Below are positions 11,376 through 23,960 of a stretch of DNA of 64,000 nucleotides, one piece after another. The notes beneath the pieces are model-generated. The model searched no databases, was not told where the DNA came from, and worked only from the letters and a program-made list of their open reading frames with translations. Every line of letters begins with the position of its first letter. The first letter of the stretch is position 1. Both the position numbers and the translations under genes were made by a program. The stretch comes from Octopus sinensis (Eukaryota), in assembly GCF_006345805.1 (NCBI RefSeq), contig NC_043008.1, positions 67,270,001 to 67,334,000 of the forward strand, written 5' to 3'.

Positions 11376-13914
11376 AATTCAGTATTTACTGCAATGATTC
11401 CATCCCCCACCCTCATGGTTGTAGCTAGATCTAAACTCCTCAATGAAAAACACCAAGTGCTATGAAAAACCTTACAAATCTCACAGATAGAGCAGTTATT
11501 TTGTAACACAAATCTTCCCTCACTCCTCCTGGTGAAAATCTATGCTATGGAAAGCCCAGAGTAATGTTAAGATACTCTAGTATATAGTTCTTTTATGACA
11601 AACAAAATCATAATATCAGAAGCTGGATTACTGCTGAAACAACAGATTCAGTTATCAACAATGAAAGACAACTGGTTTTATTTGGGACTCTTTCAATCCA
11701 CCAGTCTCAGAGAACCTGCAAAATCAATGGATAAAGCCAGATCAGAAATAAAAAAATCTGTACCTTCTTCATCATAACATATCTATTTCTAACACAGCTT
11801 ACTTTGTCACTGATATGTTGAGCAATGGAAATATACTCTGGAGTTATTACCAATTGTCTTCTTTGGGTGAACATGGAACCAAAGATTTTCAGAGCAAGTA
11901 TAAATGGAAGTTGTGATGTTCTTGTCTTTCCTAAAGGCATTAGTAACAGAAAGGAAGCAAAATGTAAAAGCCTTTTAAGATTCCAGAGGCTTTTAATGGC
12001 CAGTGTCTAGAGCTAGTTTTGTGAAAGTAAGCAGACAACAGATAAATTACCCACATGGATAGGGTAACAGTTTATTGTTTATTATTACAGTTAGCATGCT
12101 GAGAAAATTTGGGCATCTTCTACTATAGCTCCAGGCTGACTAAAGCCTTGTGAGTGAATTTGGAAGTTAGAAACTGAAAGAAGCTTGTCACATATGTAAA
12201 TGTGCATGTTGTGTTTGTATATGTACATGTGAGTGTTTGTGTGTATTCTTGTCTTGACAATCACATGATGGTTGTAATAGAGTATCACCATCATCAAGTG
12301 GTGTTGTTCATTTCCAGTCTGGCCACGGGAAAATCATTTTGCTTTGGAAAAGGGATGGGTTGGTGACAGGAAAGGCATCCAACCATAGAATATCTGCCTC
12401 AGTGAATATATCTGACCCATACAAGCATGGAAAAGTAAATGTTAAATGATGATGATAAAGAGGTAATCAAGCACATATTCCTGAGAGCTAAATGAATCAA
12501 AATGTGAAGGATTAAGTGAAATTGTCTTGATATTCATGTAATAAGTTGTAACTGCAATGGATTTAAACATAACACCTAAAAAACAACTGAAAGACAAGTT
12601 GATTTCCAATCCTCTGTGAAAACATGTTTCGTCATAGAGAAATATTACCTAGTTTGGAAGCAGGTGGGGGTTGACAACAGGAAAGGCAACTCTATCCAAC
12701 CCCATGTAAGCATGGAAAAAAAAATGGATGTTAAAATGATGATGACATGAGCCCCTTATCTCAGAGAGACTGTGAAGGTTATAGACACAGTCTATTTGTG
12801 TGTCCCCCCCCCAAAAAAAAAAATTGAAAAAAAAAAAAAAGAAGAAATAGCAGCTTAACATAAATTTCACTTCCACAATGCAAGTGAAGTGATTCCAATT
12901 GAGAACAGAAACCAGAACTTCAATTTCAGTAAGTGGAAAATATTCAACAATAAAATAGCAATGGGGAGGAAAAGTGGAACTGAAAGCCACACCCTCTGGT
13001 TAATGTTTAAATCAATAAATTTTCTCTATGCTCTCTCTTTTGAATACCTTAACCAGTTTCAGGCAGAACTTAATGTGCTTTCTCCAGGTAAAGATGAATC
13101 TGGAAAATTTTAGGAAGATGTGGACAGAGTAGGGAGTAAATGAGTGTCTAGATTTTTTCAAAGCTTTCCAATAAACAATTGGCAGAATGGGTCTAAAATG
13201 TTGCCTGGTTTAAAATCTGCAGCAGGTTTTGGAGTTCTTTTAGCAGAGTTCATTCTCTTGCATTCATTCACAACAGAATGCATGCAAAAGCACACACACA
13301 GAGTTTAAAAGGATAACAAGAAAGTAGACCAATGGTATTTCAATTATTTCATTACAATCATTTTGATTGTTAATAATCAATAATTAGTACATATTATATT
13401 GATAACCATTCACCTCATCAGATGAACATTGGGTATTTCAACATGCTAGCTGATGAGGTGGTTAATTACTGGTAGCACGGTACCACTGTATTGCGCAGAC
13501 TCTCAGATGTTGTTATACACCACTGGTCACAATGTGCTTCCTCACATTGCTATAGCTTTTGAATGATGCCATCCCACTGGCTAAGGCAGACAGATCAACA
13601 TTCCCTCTCAATGGAATACCAATTCGTCGCAGGGTTACTCATTTACTGCTGAGCATAGAGAAATGAAGTGTTTTGCTCAAGAACACAATGCACCTTTGAT
13701 CTGGGAATTGAAACCACAATCCTGTGATCATGAATGCAACACCTTAACCACTGAGCTACATGTCCTCATTATCAATATAATATGTACTGATTAGTCATTA
13801 TCAGCTGTTGAAACAACTGTAATGAAATAAAATTGAAATACCAACAGTTTGCTTTTTGGCCATTGACAATGGCTTAGCTGGCCGAAATTCCAAAGATACT
13901 GTCAAGAACATTCT

Positions 13915-14012
13915 TGTATAAGAATAATAAATTTGTACTCCACAAAAATATAAATTAACCCATCAGATTAATGCAAAATTGTTTTCATTATAAGTGAACA
14001 TAAAAACAAACA

Positions 14013-14055
<43 letters not shown>

Positions 14056-14468
14056 GAAGGTTTGGAAGTGATGAACAGGTATTATATATTATAAAAAATA
14101 AGGTACACAGAAATTTGGATGGTTTTATATTCACAGATTTTTATTAATATGTCACATGTTTTTATAAATCAGATATTAGCGCTTGCATCTACTCTAGTAG
14201 AAGCTCCAGATTCTACTAGAGCAGATGTTCAGTTATAATGAAAACAATTTTACATTAATCTGATGGGTTACTTTATACTTTTGTGGAGTACAAATTTATT
14301 ATTCCTATACATATTCTACTCTAGTAGAATCTCCAAATCTGAAGATTCTACTAGAGTAGATGCAAGGGCTAATATATGATTTATAAAAACACGTGACATA
14401 TTAATAAAAATCTGTAAATGTACAACCATCCAGATTTCTGAGTACCTTATTTTTTCTAATATATATAT
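13915..14468. repeat. Interleaved inverted repeats A-B-A'-B'
   Basis: A 13915-14001 pairs with 14225-14311; B about 14081-14205 pairs with about 14340-14468. Confidence 0.85.
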
Positions 14469-15859
14469 ACACACATATATATATATATATATGGCTATTG
14501 CCAGTGTCATTTAAATGGCACCCATGAAATCATAATTGTGGCCGTTGTCAGTAGCATGATCCTTAAATGTTGGGACTCATGGAGGTGAGGGATGAGGTTG
14601 TGAAGCATAATCTTCAAATGTCAGGCCTCACAGAGGCAATATAACCTTTGGCGATATGCTGGGTTTGAGAATACTTGTCAAGCCAAATGAAACCACAGTC
14701 ATGGCCATTACTAGTGTCATGTAAATAACACCCATGAAATTGTAGTCATGGCCGTTGCTGGCAGTCAAGTAAATGGCACCCATGCCAGTGGCATGTAAAA
14801 AACACCCATTACACTTTTGGAGTAGTTGGCATTACGGTTAGGAGTTAAAAACCATGCCAAATCAGACTGGAACCTGCTGCAGCTCTCCAGCTTGCCAGTT
14901 CCAGTTAAACTGTCTAACCCATGCCAGCATGGAAAGTGGACATTAAATGATGATGATGTAGGAGAATGCAATGTAAGCATAGTATAGAGAATAAGGGTTA
15001 GTGCTCAGATTATTAAGAATTTTTTACTCCAACCTCTTCATCCAGGGCCGGCACCTCAGGCATTGAAAATTAGTTTTAAGAATGATCCTTGCCAAGCCGT
15101 TATGTAGATAGAAAGGCAGATAAACATGGCTAGGCTTAATCCGTATATCTATGTGAAATACAAGATACAAATTATGGAATAAAAAATACTCTTCTCCCAA
15201 GGAGGATCACCAAGCCTAGCTTAAACAAATTCATTGAAACTTATGTTGTTACACACACCTATGACATCATGCACAGCTGTTATGTATGAATTTGATTATG
15301 GCATAAGTCACTGATCTCCCAAATCAGCTTTCGAGATAAGACTGTTATGTAACACCTTTTGTTTTCTTTATTCTGTAATCTGCATTTTGTATTCCATGCG
15401 TATATACACATGTTAAGCATACCTGTGTTTATCTTCCTTTCTATCTGTGTGTGTGTGTGTGTGTGTGTGTTTGTGTGTGAGCTAAAGAAAGAAAGAAAAC
15501 AGAAATATAAAACAGTGAAATACAAATAAATTACAGCTGAAACAAACAACATAAAAAAACCATATCATTATATGTTTCCACCTTGTTATTCATTGGTTGG
15601 TTTGATTGTACATCCAACCAATGAAAACCACTAACTGAAAGTTGAATCTTCATCGTAGCTTTAAAGGAAAAAAGAAATATTTTATTAATGAATTCAATTA
15701 ATTTATTAGCTAAGAAGGAAATGTGATGCCCATAGGTGACTTATGCTTCAAAGAAGTTGAAAATATTCAGGCAAAGAAAAAAAAGTGTTACCATTAAACT
15801 TGGAATTATTATTGGTGGAATTTGAAGTTGTTTGGAATCAAATAGAATATTTGCTGTAG

Positions 15860-16910
15860 TGTCAAAATATATAGCTATTGTGACAAGATGATACCAACAA
15901 TTGTTATAAGTGTTATAGCATTATATCAACACATGTTATATCTACATGATGAATACCAACATGTGTTATAAATGGGTGTTATAACAGTTCAATAATGACA
16001 CATGCTATGACTATGTAATATTGATGTGCTATAACAAGACAGTACCGACACATGCACAACATGGTATCAAATATGCCATAACACAGTGATATTGACATGT
16101 TATAACAGTGATATTAACATGTGCCATAACAATATTGACACATAACAGTAAAATCAACATATACTATAAGCAGTGTAATATTGGTCATTGCACAACAATG
16201 TGATATCAACATTTACTACAACATAATTTTGGCTACTACACAACAATGTGATATCAATATGAACTATAACATGATATTGGCTAATGCACAATTACATAAT
16301 ATCGATATGAGCTATGACATGACATTAGCTCAATGCCATAACAGTGCAACATTGACATATGCTATAAGCTATAACAAACATCATAACAATGTGATATCAA
16401 CACATGCAGTGACTGTAATATCATCAGATGTAATAGCAATTTATACTGACATGTGCTGTATCAACAAGCTCTGTAAACAATATTGATTTCAAATTTTGGC
16501 ACAAGGTCAGCAATTTTAGGAGAAGGAGTTAAGTCAATTACATTGACCCTCTGAGTTCAACTGGTAGTTATTTTATTGATCCCAAAAGGATGAATCGAAA
16601 AGTCAACCTTGGTGGAATTTGAACTCAGAACATAATGATGAATGAAATGCTGTGAAGCATTTTACCTGGCATGCAAATGATTCAGCCAGCTTGCCACCTT
16701 AGTTCTGTAAACAATATTAACAAGAAGAAATAACAGGATATCAACTATAATAACAAGCTATCAAAAAGAAACATACTGCTAATGCTATATAACATGACAT
16801 CAAGGTACACCCCATCAATATGATAATATAATGTTGCTATCACACATCTTTAAGTGTACGATAACAATAACCTATCAATACATGTTATAAACATGATATC
16901 CACTTATATT
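15860..16910. repeat. Degenerate 24/48-bp minisatellite interrupted by a SINE
   Basis: Recurrent ataacagtgatattgacatgtg-like units; cacaa(c/t) register at 16191, 16239, 16287. Confidence 0.7.
16485..16703 (-). mobile_element. SINE with 15-bp target-site duplication
   Basis: TCTGTAAACAATATT at 16470-16484 and 16704-16718. Confidence 0.85.
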
Positions 16911-16973
16911 GCAGAAATACAAAAAGGCACTGATAGGGATGGTCACTAAAAACACATAATTGCTTGAACTTAC

Positions 16974-17181
16974 AATGAAAAGAAAAGAAAAAATGTCACT
17001 CCCTGACACACAAATATTGTGCATTAATGTAAAGGATATTCAAAGTAAAAGGATATATGAGTTTCGAAGCCCATTCTTTGATCAACTTTGATATATTAGC
17101 CAGAGCTTTAATATAATTTTTGTTTTAAACAAAGGATATATATGTTTTGTTTTATCTGATTTTTTTTAAAGAGGCACAAGG
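16974..17181 (-). other. Candidate poison cassette exon in PDCD7 intron 3
   Basis: Acceptor ctccacttgcctgtttcag| before 17181, donor ATT|GTAAGT after 16974, 208 nt, in-frame TAA at codon 10; contains all three U11-site motifs. Confidence 0.5.
17031..17139 (-). promoter_or_regulatory. Candidate USSE (U11 snRNP-binding splicing enhancer): tandem ATATCCTTT motifs plus a third copy
   Basis: Plus strand aaaggatat at 17031-17039, 17048-17056 and 17131-17139, i.e. ATATCCTTT on the PDCD7 sense strand. Confidence 0.75.
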
Positions 17182-19139
17182 CTGAAACAGGCAAGTGGAG
17201 TAACTGCCTAGATTGGTCAGTCAAAATGGAATATAGACTTCCTAAAGGTACACCATGTATATTTCCAATAGGTCACACCAGGGAAGCTTGAGCCATACAT
17301 ACTGCAACCAAATAGGAATTCAGTTAAAGTTTCAGATATGACAGACAATATAGATTCTTTTTAAATAAATAATATATACGTATGTATTTATATAACCTTG
17401 CAAACCAATCCCCTATCCAGCCGTTTTTCTACTCACCTTGTGTCTTGAGGGACCACATAGACACCTCATTGCCATGATCTATCTCTTTGCAGCTCCTACT
17501 GATCATTTCATTCTTCTTTTTCTCTCCCTCTCCAACTAAATGTGTGTAACCATGCAGATCCTCTTCAAGAACCTGCTCTGAACCACCCAACTTCTTTCAT
17601 ACTTCTCATATCCTAGCATGAAGATGACTCCACTCTCTCAGGGTTTGTAGTCATGTGAGCTGCATGGCAACCTTACTGGTGCTGGTGGCATGATTAGAAG
17701 CACCCAGTACATGCTGTAAAGTGGCTTGCATTAGGAAGCGCATCCAGCCATAGAAACCATGTCAAAGCAGACACAGGAGCATGATGCAGTTCTTGGACAC
17801 AATGGATCCTGTGAAATCACCCAACCCATGCCAACATAGAATATGGATGTTAAATGATGATGAGGAGGAGGATATGTGTGTGTGTAAAAAATGGTTAACA
17901 GATTTATTTTTTTACATTGTTGTTTATAATTTTAATTCTATTTAATTATTAAAATAATGCCTTAACTCTTTCTGGAAATGGTTTTCCCTCACTTTTCAAC
18001 AATAAAATATATTATATTAAAATATTGAAATCTTTTGAAGAAGGCTCATACCCAATTTCTTTGCAGAAAATGGAGGAACCAATTAAATCAATGCAAATAT
18101 ATTTTGGATATGTAATTTTTATAGACATTGAAGAATATGGAACTCTTTTAGCAAAGTGTCCAATAGAGTATTTGGTCATTTTTTACAAAAGCTAAAACAT
18201 CAAAACAGAACTGGTAAATTAAATATTTCACATAAAACACACTCTTACACATCAACATGACATCGTTTTCAAACACCAAATATGAAAAGATGGCTCTTTT
18301 CACCTTCCAACACCTTAACTGATGTTGGAATGTTCTTTTGGGTGGAGGGATCTTTGTCTCTCTAGCTTGCTCGATATATATTCAAATGCCACACCAAGCA
18401 CCTATTTCTCTATCACTTCTGCTTTATTACATTAAATAGTTCAAGTATTGCTATGTAGTTAAGAGGCTTGCCTCCTAACCATGTTTCAGATTCAATCCCA
18501 CTATGTGGCACCTTGGACAAATGTCTTCTACTACAGCCCCAGGCTGGCCAAAGACTTATGGGTGGATTTGGTAGCAAAAGCTATAAGAAGCCAGTCATAA
18601 TATATGTGTGAGTATGTGTGTGTTAGTGTCTCCTTGTTTTAACAATGTGTAATAATTGTAGATGAATGTCACTATCAGACAAATGTTGTCATTTGTTTTG
18701 TGACATGTTCAGAAAAATTACCATTCTTGGAAACAGGTGGGGGTTGACAATGGTCATAGAAAATTGCCTCAACAAATTCCTTCAGATCCATGCAAACATG
18801 AGAAAGTGAACATTATAAAAAATGATGATGATGATAGACTGATATTAGATACTCCTAAACAGCCATTTTTATTTTTGTAATACTCCATTCATGTTTCCTT
18901 TAATCCTTTTATTACCATATTTCCATTCAAATACTCTGCCTTTGTTTAAATTAATTTTGAAACTAATAAAGAATTTAGTAAAATAACTGTCATTATTACA
19001 CTGGTGTTTCAAACTGATTAAAATAAAATTCTGATGGAAAGTTTTAATTTAGACCACTTTAAAACAGGAAGCTTGTATCATGGAACCAGGAGTGATATCA
19101 GGCAAGTTAGCATCAAAAGGATTAATAACTTATTTCTTT

Positions 19140-19540
19140 TCATTGGCACTTGAGCCTCGTGCTAGTAGGGTGCTAAGAGCACATCCAAGCGTGATTGTTG
19201 CCAGAGCGGCTAACTGGCTTCTGTGCCGGTGGCACATAAAAGGCACCATTCGAGTGTGATCGTTACCAGCATTGCCTTACTGTCACCTGTGTTGGTGGTA
19301 TGTGTAAAAAGATTCAAGCGAGGTCGTTGCCAGTACTGCCTGACTGGCCCCCATGCCAGTGGCACGTAAAAGCACCCACTACACTCTTGGAGTGGTTGGC
19401 ATTAGGAAGGGCATCCAGCTGTAGAAACTCTGCCAGATCAAGATTGGAGTCTGGTGCAGCCATCTAGTTTGCCAGTCCTCAGTCAAATCGTGCTAGCATG
19501 GAAAGTGGACTTTAAATGATGATGATGATGATGATGATTT
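19140..19540 (+). repeat. Abundant (TGA)n-tailed repeat (SINE or LINE 3' end); copies at about 3230-3405, 6395-6800, 8650-8825, 14490-14960, 17660-17870, 20200-20500, 21300-21990, 43130-43480, 51010-51300
   Basis: Shared ggcattaggaagggcatccagctgtagaaac...ccaacccatgccagcatgg...ttaaatgatgatgatg in both orientations. Confidence 0.85.
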
Positions 19541-22500
19541 TACTCATGGTATTCCAACCTTTCATTTTCCTTTTTTCATCCATTCATCATCATTATCCTT
19601 TAACCCTTTAGAATTCAGATTATTCTGTCGAGTATAATGTTTATTTATTCACGTTGTTTTGACTTAATCTCACATTTATCTTTGAGATATCGATGATGTG
19701 GTTGTCTATTTTTAAAATGATACTGCAAGGTAGGTGTGAGAGGCCAGATCTGGCCAGTTTGAACATAAAACAAGTACAATATTTTGGCTGGGTATGATTG
19801 GTTTAAACACTAAAGGGTCAAGGTCTATTTTTCCATGCTGGTATGGGTTGGATGGTTTAACAGGAGCTGGCCTGCTGAAGAGCTGCCTCGGTTCCATGTC
19901 TGCTTTGGCATGGTTTTTACATCTGGATGCCCTTCCTAATGCCATTAAGGGTCTAACTATCCAAGTTGAATTCTCATTAATAGGATCATACGTTTTGTGC
20001 CTATGATTTTTGTTTCATTCAGTTCTGATCTCAAGTCATTATCAAACAGCCCCAGATTGGTTCATATATGTATATGATATGTATATACAAGAAAAAGAGT
20101 TTCAATGATAATCAGAAATCAATCTAATTCAAATGTAATTATCTAAAGAAGAGGGCAACAGTTTAGAAAATTTTACCATATTTTCCTTGCAAATTACTTG
20201 GTGACCCTGCCAGTGTTGGTGCCATGTAAAAAGCATCCAGTCCACACTGTAAAGTGGTTGGTGTTTGGAAGGGCATCCAGCTGTAAATTCTATGCCAAAA
20301 CTGACTTTACCTGTGCTGGTACCACATAAAAAGCACTCAGTCCACTAAGTGGGGTAGTTGGTGTTAGGAAGGGCATCCAGCTGTAAAAGCATGCCTAAAC
20401 AGACACTGAAGCCTGGTGCAGTCTTTTGCTTAGCCAGCTCCTGTTAAATCATCCAACCCATGCCAGCATGGAAAGCAGTTGCTAAATGATGATGATGATG
20501 ACAAGTCAACATTGTATATAGTGTAAGCATAAACATTCAAACATTGTCACCGTCTTTCCAAATCCTGACGCATTTCACATGGAATTTTTGGTCCTCTGGA
20601 GTCATCTTGGTGTTTTAGTTGACTACCTTTGGGGCTGAAAAATTCAACTTGTATGCTGGAAAATATGGCAACTTATTAATCCAGCCACTGTCTTTCTTAA
20701 TTTTTGTTATTTAGTCAGTTATTTTTTTTATCATCTATTTATTTCATCAATCTGTATATATTCTACCTGTATTTCTACTGTTTCTTTTAAGCAGCTATCA
20801 TTATGTTATTTCCACTAGTTTCACCCTCAGATAGAAATTATGTCTGCAACACCATCAAGATAATATCTTGGTTACCTAGGTCCACAAGTTGATCAGCTTC
20901 TACAAAACCCAACTTACATTCAAGAAACAGCCTCTTCATAAAAGCCACTTATTAAAACACCAACTATGTTCAGTGGTACTTTAACTTCAGCAAATTCTTA
21001 GGTTTTCCTGTGTTAATTACAATTACAAATGAACCACAAGGTTGGAAGGTGAAAGTTTTTCTCCAACAAACATCATCGTCACAAGATCAAACTTGTGATT
21101 TATGCCGTTTAGAGTAGGTTTTTACTTAATACTCCATAAACAAGACTCAAAAATATATTTGTTTCAAGTCTACCAGGTTTTCAAAACAAGTATCACTTTA
21201 GTATTTATGATACAATAATTAGTAGCTGTACTTGCATAGCTACTAACTGTAGCTATGCAAATAAAAAATATGCATAGTGTACCACTGCATTACTTAATTA
21301 ATCATCATCATTTAATGTCTGCTTTCCATGCTGGCATGGGTTGGATGGTTTGACCGAGGACTGGCAAGCCAAAAGGTTGCACCAGGTTCCAGTCTGATCT
21401 ACCAAAGATTCTATAGCTGGATGCCCTGCCTAATGCCAACCACACCAATAGTATAGTGGGTGCTTATTACATGCCACCAGCATGAGGGCTAGTCAGGCAA
21501 CACTGGTAACAACCAGACATGAATGGTGTTTTTCACATGCCACCAGCACAGGACCAGTCAAGTGGCACTGGTATTGATCACATTCGTATGGTGCATTTTA
21601 TGTGCCTCCAGAACAGGAGCCAGTCTGGTGGGACTGGCATTGACCACACTAATATGGTGCTTTTTACATGTCAGCTGGCACAGGTACCAGTTTGGCGGTA
21701 CTGGCATCGGCCACGACAATGATTTCACTTGACTCAACAGGTCTTCTCAAGCACAGTATATTGCCCAACGATTGAAGAGTACTTTTAAATGGGGCGGTTA
21801 TGCGACACTCGCATAGACCACAGTTAGGGTCTCACTTGGCTTGCCAGGTCTTCTCAAGCACAGCATATCTCCAATGGTCTCAGTTGATTGTTATTGCCTC
21901 AAAGGTCATGCTTCACCACCTCATCCCAGGTCTTCCTGGGTCTACCTCTTCCACAGGTTCCCACAACCGTCAGGGTGTGACATTTTTTTCATACAGCTAT
22001 CCTCATCCATTCACAATACAATAACCTTCTCTGTATCATTCCAATCTTGTTGAAGATGATGTATGATCGTTCATCTTTTGCCAAAAGACCTGCACAAATT
22101 ATTTGTTTTAGAGAGATCAAATGTATGTGCTATATATTAGCTCATCCCCTCCATTAAATCTATGTTGCCTGAACAGGTGCATGGTGTACCACATACCAGG
22201 TGTTGAAGTGATCATAGAGCAACTTGAGATGAAGTGTTTTGCTCAAGAACACAATGCACCATCTGGTCTAAGAATAAAAACCATGATCACATGATCATGA
22301 GTGCAAACCCTAGGCCATCACACTGGCACGAGGACACAAATGTGTAGAGGAGGAGTATATACTGTTGATAGAATGACCCCTATTTTACTGGTACTTGCTT
22401 AGACGAACCTTTTGGCAGGGTGGGAACAAAAATCAGTCACCAACCCTACAAGTTTTGGACACTTGATGTAAGGAGGATTAAATTTGAATATGGTAGGAAA

Positions 22501-22959
22501 TTATCCCAGTATGCTTACATTTTGCCACTCCAACACCCTAACAATAGTGATAATGATGGGGGGGGGTTCTTGTAGCAGAAAGTCAGAAGAATTGTTGTAA
22601 ACTAATCACAGTACATGTCTTATTTTCCATCACCCAAGTGGAATGAAGAATAAATGTGACTCGAGTGAAATTGGAACTCTGAACATAATGAACCATGACT
22701 AAATACTATAAACCATTTAGCCCAGTATCTTAAAGTCAATAACATCCCTACCCTTAACTACCATCATAGACATAAGGCCACATAGTTTTGAGAGATGGTA
22801 TAAATGATAAAACTCCCCCTTCCATTTCCTCAACTGATTACTCAAGGTAAATTTAAAATACTACCACCCACCAAGCAAGCAAAAGAGCTAAACTAAGATC
22901 ATAAAGAGACATAACTCAATGCTACAATGCTGTGTACAACTTCCTTCCAATTTTGAAAT

Positions 22960-23374
22960 TCAGAGCACCATTTATAATAATGGTTTCTAAACTTAGCACA
23001 CGGCCAGAAATTTTTGAAAGGAAGAGTTAGTTGATTAAAGTGATCCCACCAATACTTGAGTGGTATTTTTATTTCATCATCCAAATGGATGAAAGGCAAA
23101 GATGACCAGGGTGGTATTTGAACTCAGATCATAAAAAGCCAGAAGAAATACTGCCTAGCATTTTGTCTAATACCCTAATGCTTCTGCCAATCCATTGCCA
23201 CCTTATTTAATAAAAACGATGAGGATGATGATGATGGTGACATTGGTAGTGGTGGTTGGGGAGGGTAATTTTAATTTTATTCCAAATATTTGGGAAGTCA
23301 AAGCTGAGAACTTGCCACATAATGAGATACCAATAAGAAACATAATCGGTGTCCTATTGATCATGATATCTACT

Positions 23375-23406
<32 letters not shown>

Positions 23407-23960
23407 CCTTTCTACTGTAGGCACAAGGCCTAAAATTTGGGGGGAGGGGATAAGTCGATCACATTGACCCCAGTGTTTCACTAGTACTTATTTAATTGAC
23501 CCCCAAAAGGATGAATGACAAAGTCAAACTTGACAGAATTTGAACTCAGAATGTAGCAGCAGATGAAATACTGCCACCTCACCGCCTTAATAATAATAAT
23601 AGTAGTAGTAGTAGTAGTAATGGTTTCAAATTTTGCTACAAGGTGAGCAATTTCAGGAGAGGGGCAAGTCAATTACATTGACCCCTATGCTCAAATGGTA
23701 CTTATTTTATTGCCCTTGAAAGGATGAGCGATAAAGTCAATCCCAGTAGCAGTTGAACTCAGAATGAACTGCCACAAGTAGTTTCGTCCGGCATGCTAAT
23801 GACTCTGCCAGCTCACCACTTTAGTAGTAGTAGTAGTTTATAGCTTTAGCAAGGTGACAAATTTGGGAGGCAGGAAGGTCAGTGAAATTATCCCCAATAC
23901 GTGACTGGTAATCTATTTTATTGACTCTGGAATGACAAAAGGTCAAGTCAGCCACAGCTA
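22960..23960 (-). mobile_element. Cluster of four copies of the same SINE family, minus strand
   Basis: Reverse-complement units (gaatttgaactcaga, gtacttattt) separated by (AAT)n/(AGT)n. Confidence 0.8.

Noticed and set aside
10540-12020. Coding-looking stretches in PDCD7 intron 3
   Set aside because: Multiple stops and no motif I can identify; exons 3 and 4 join without a gap. Probably old repeat debris; BLASTX would settle it.
15860-16910. Regularly spaced repeats as a CRISPR-like array
   Set aside because: Degenerate tandem units without unique spacers; eukaryotic context and no cas genes.
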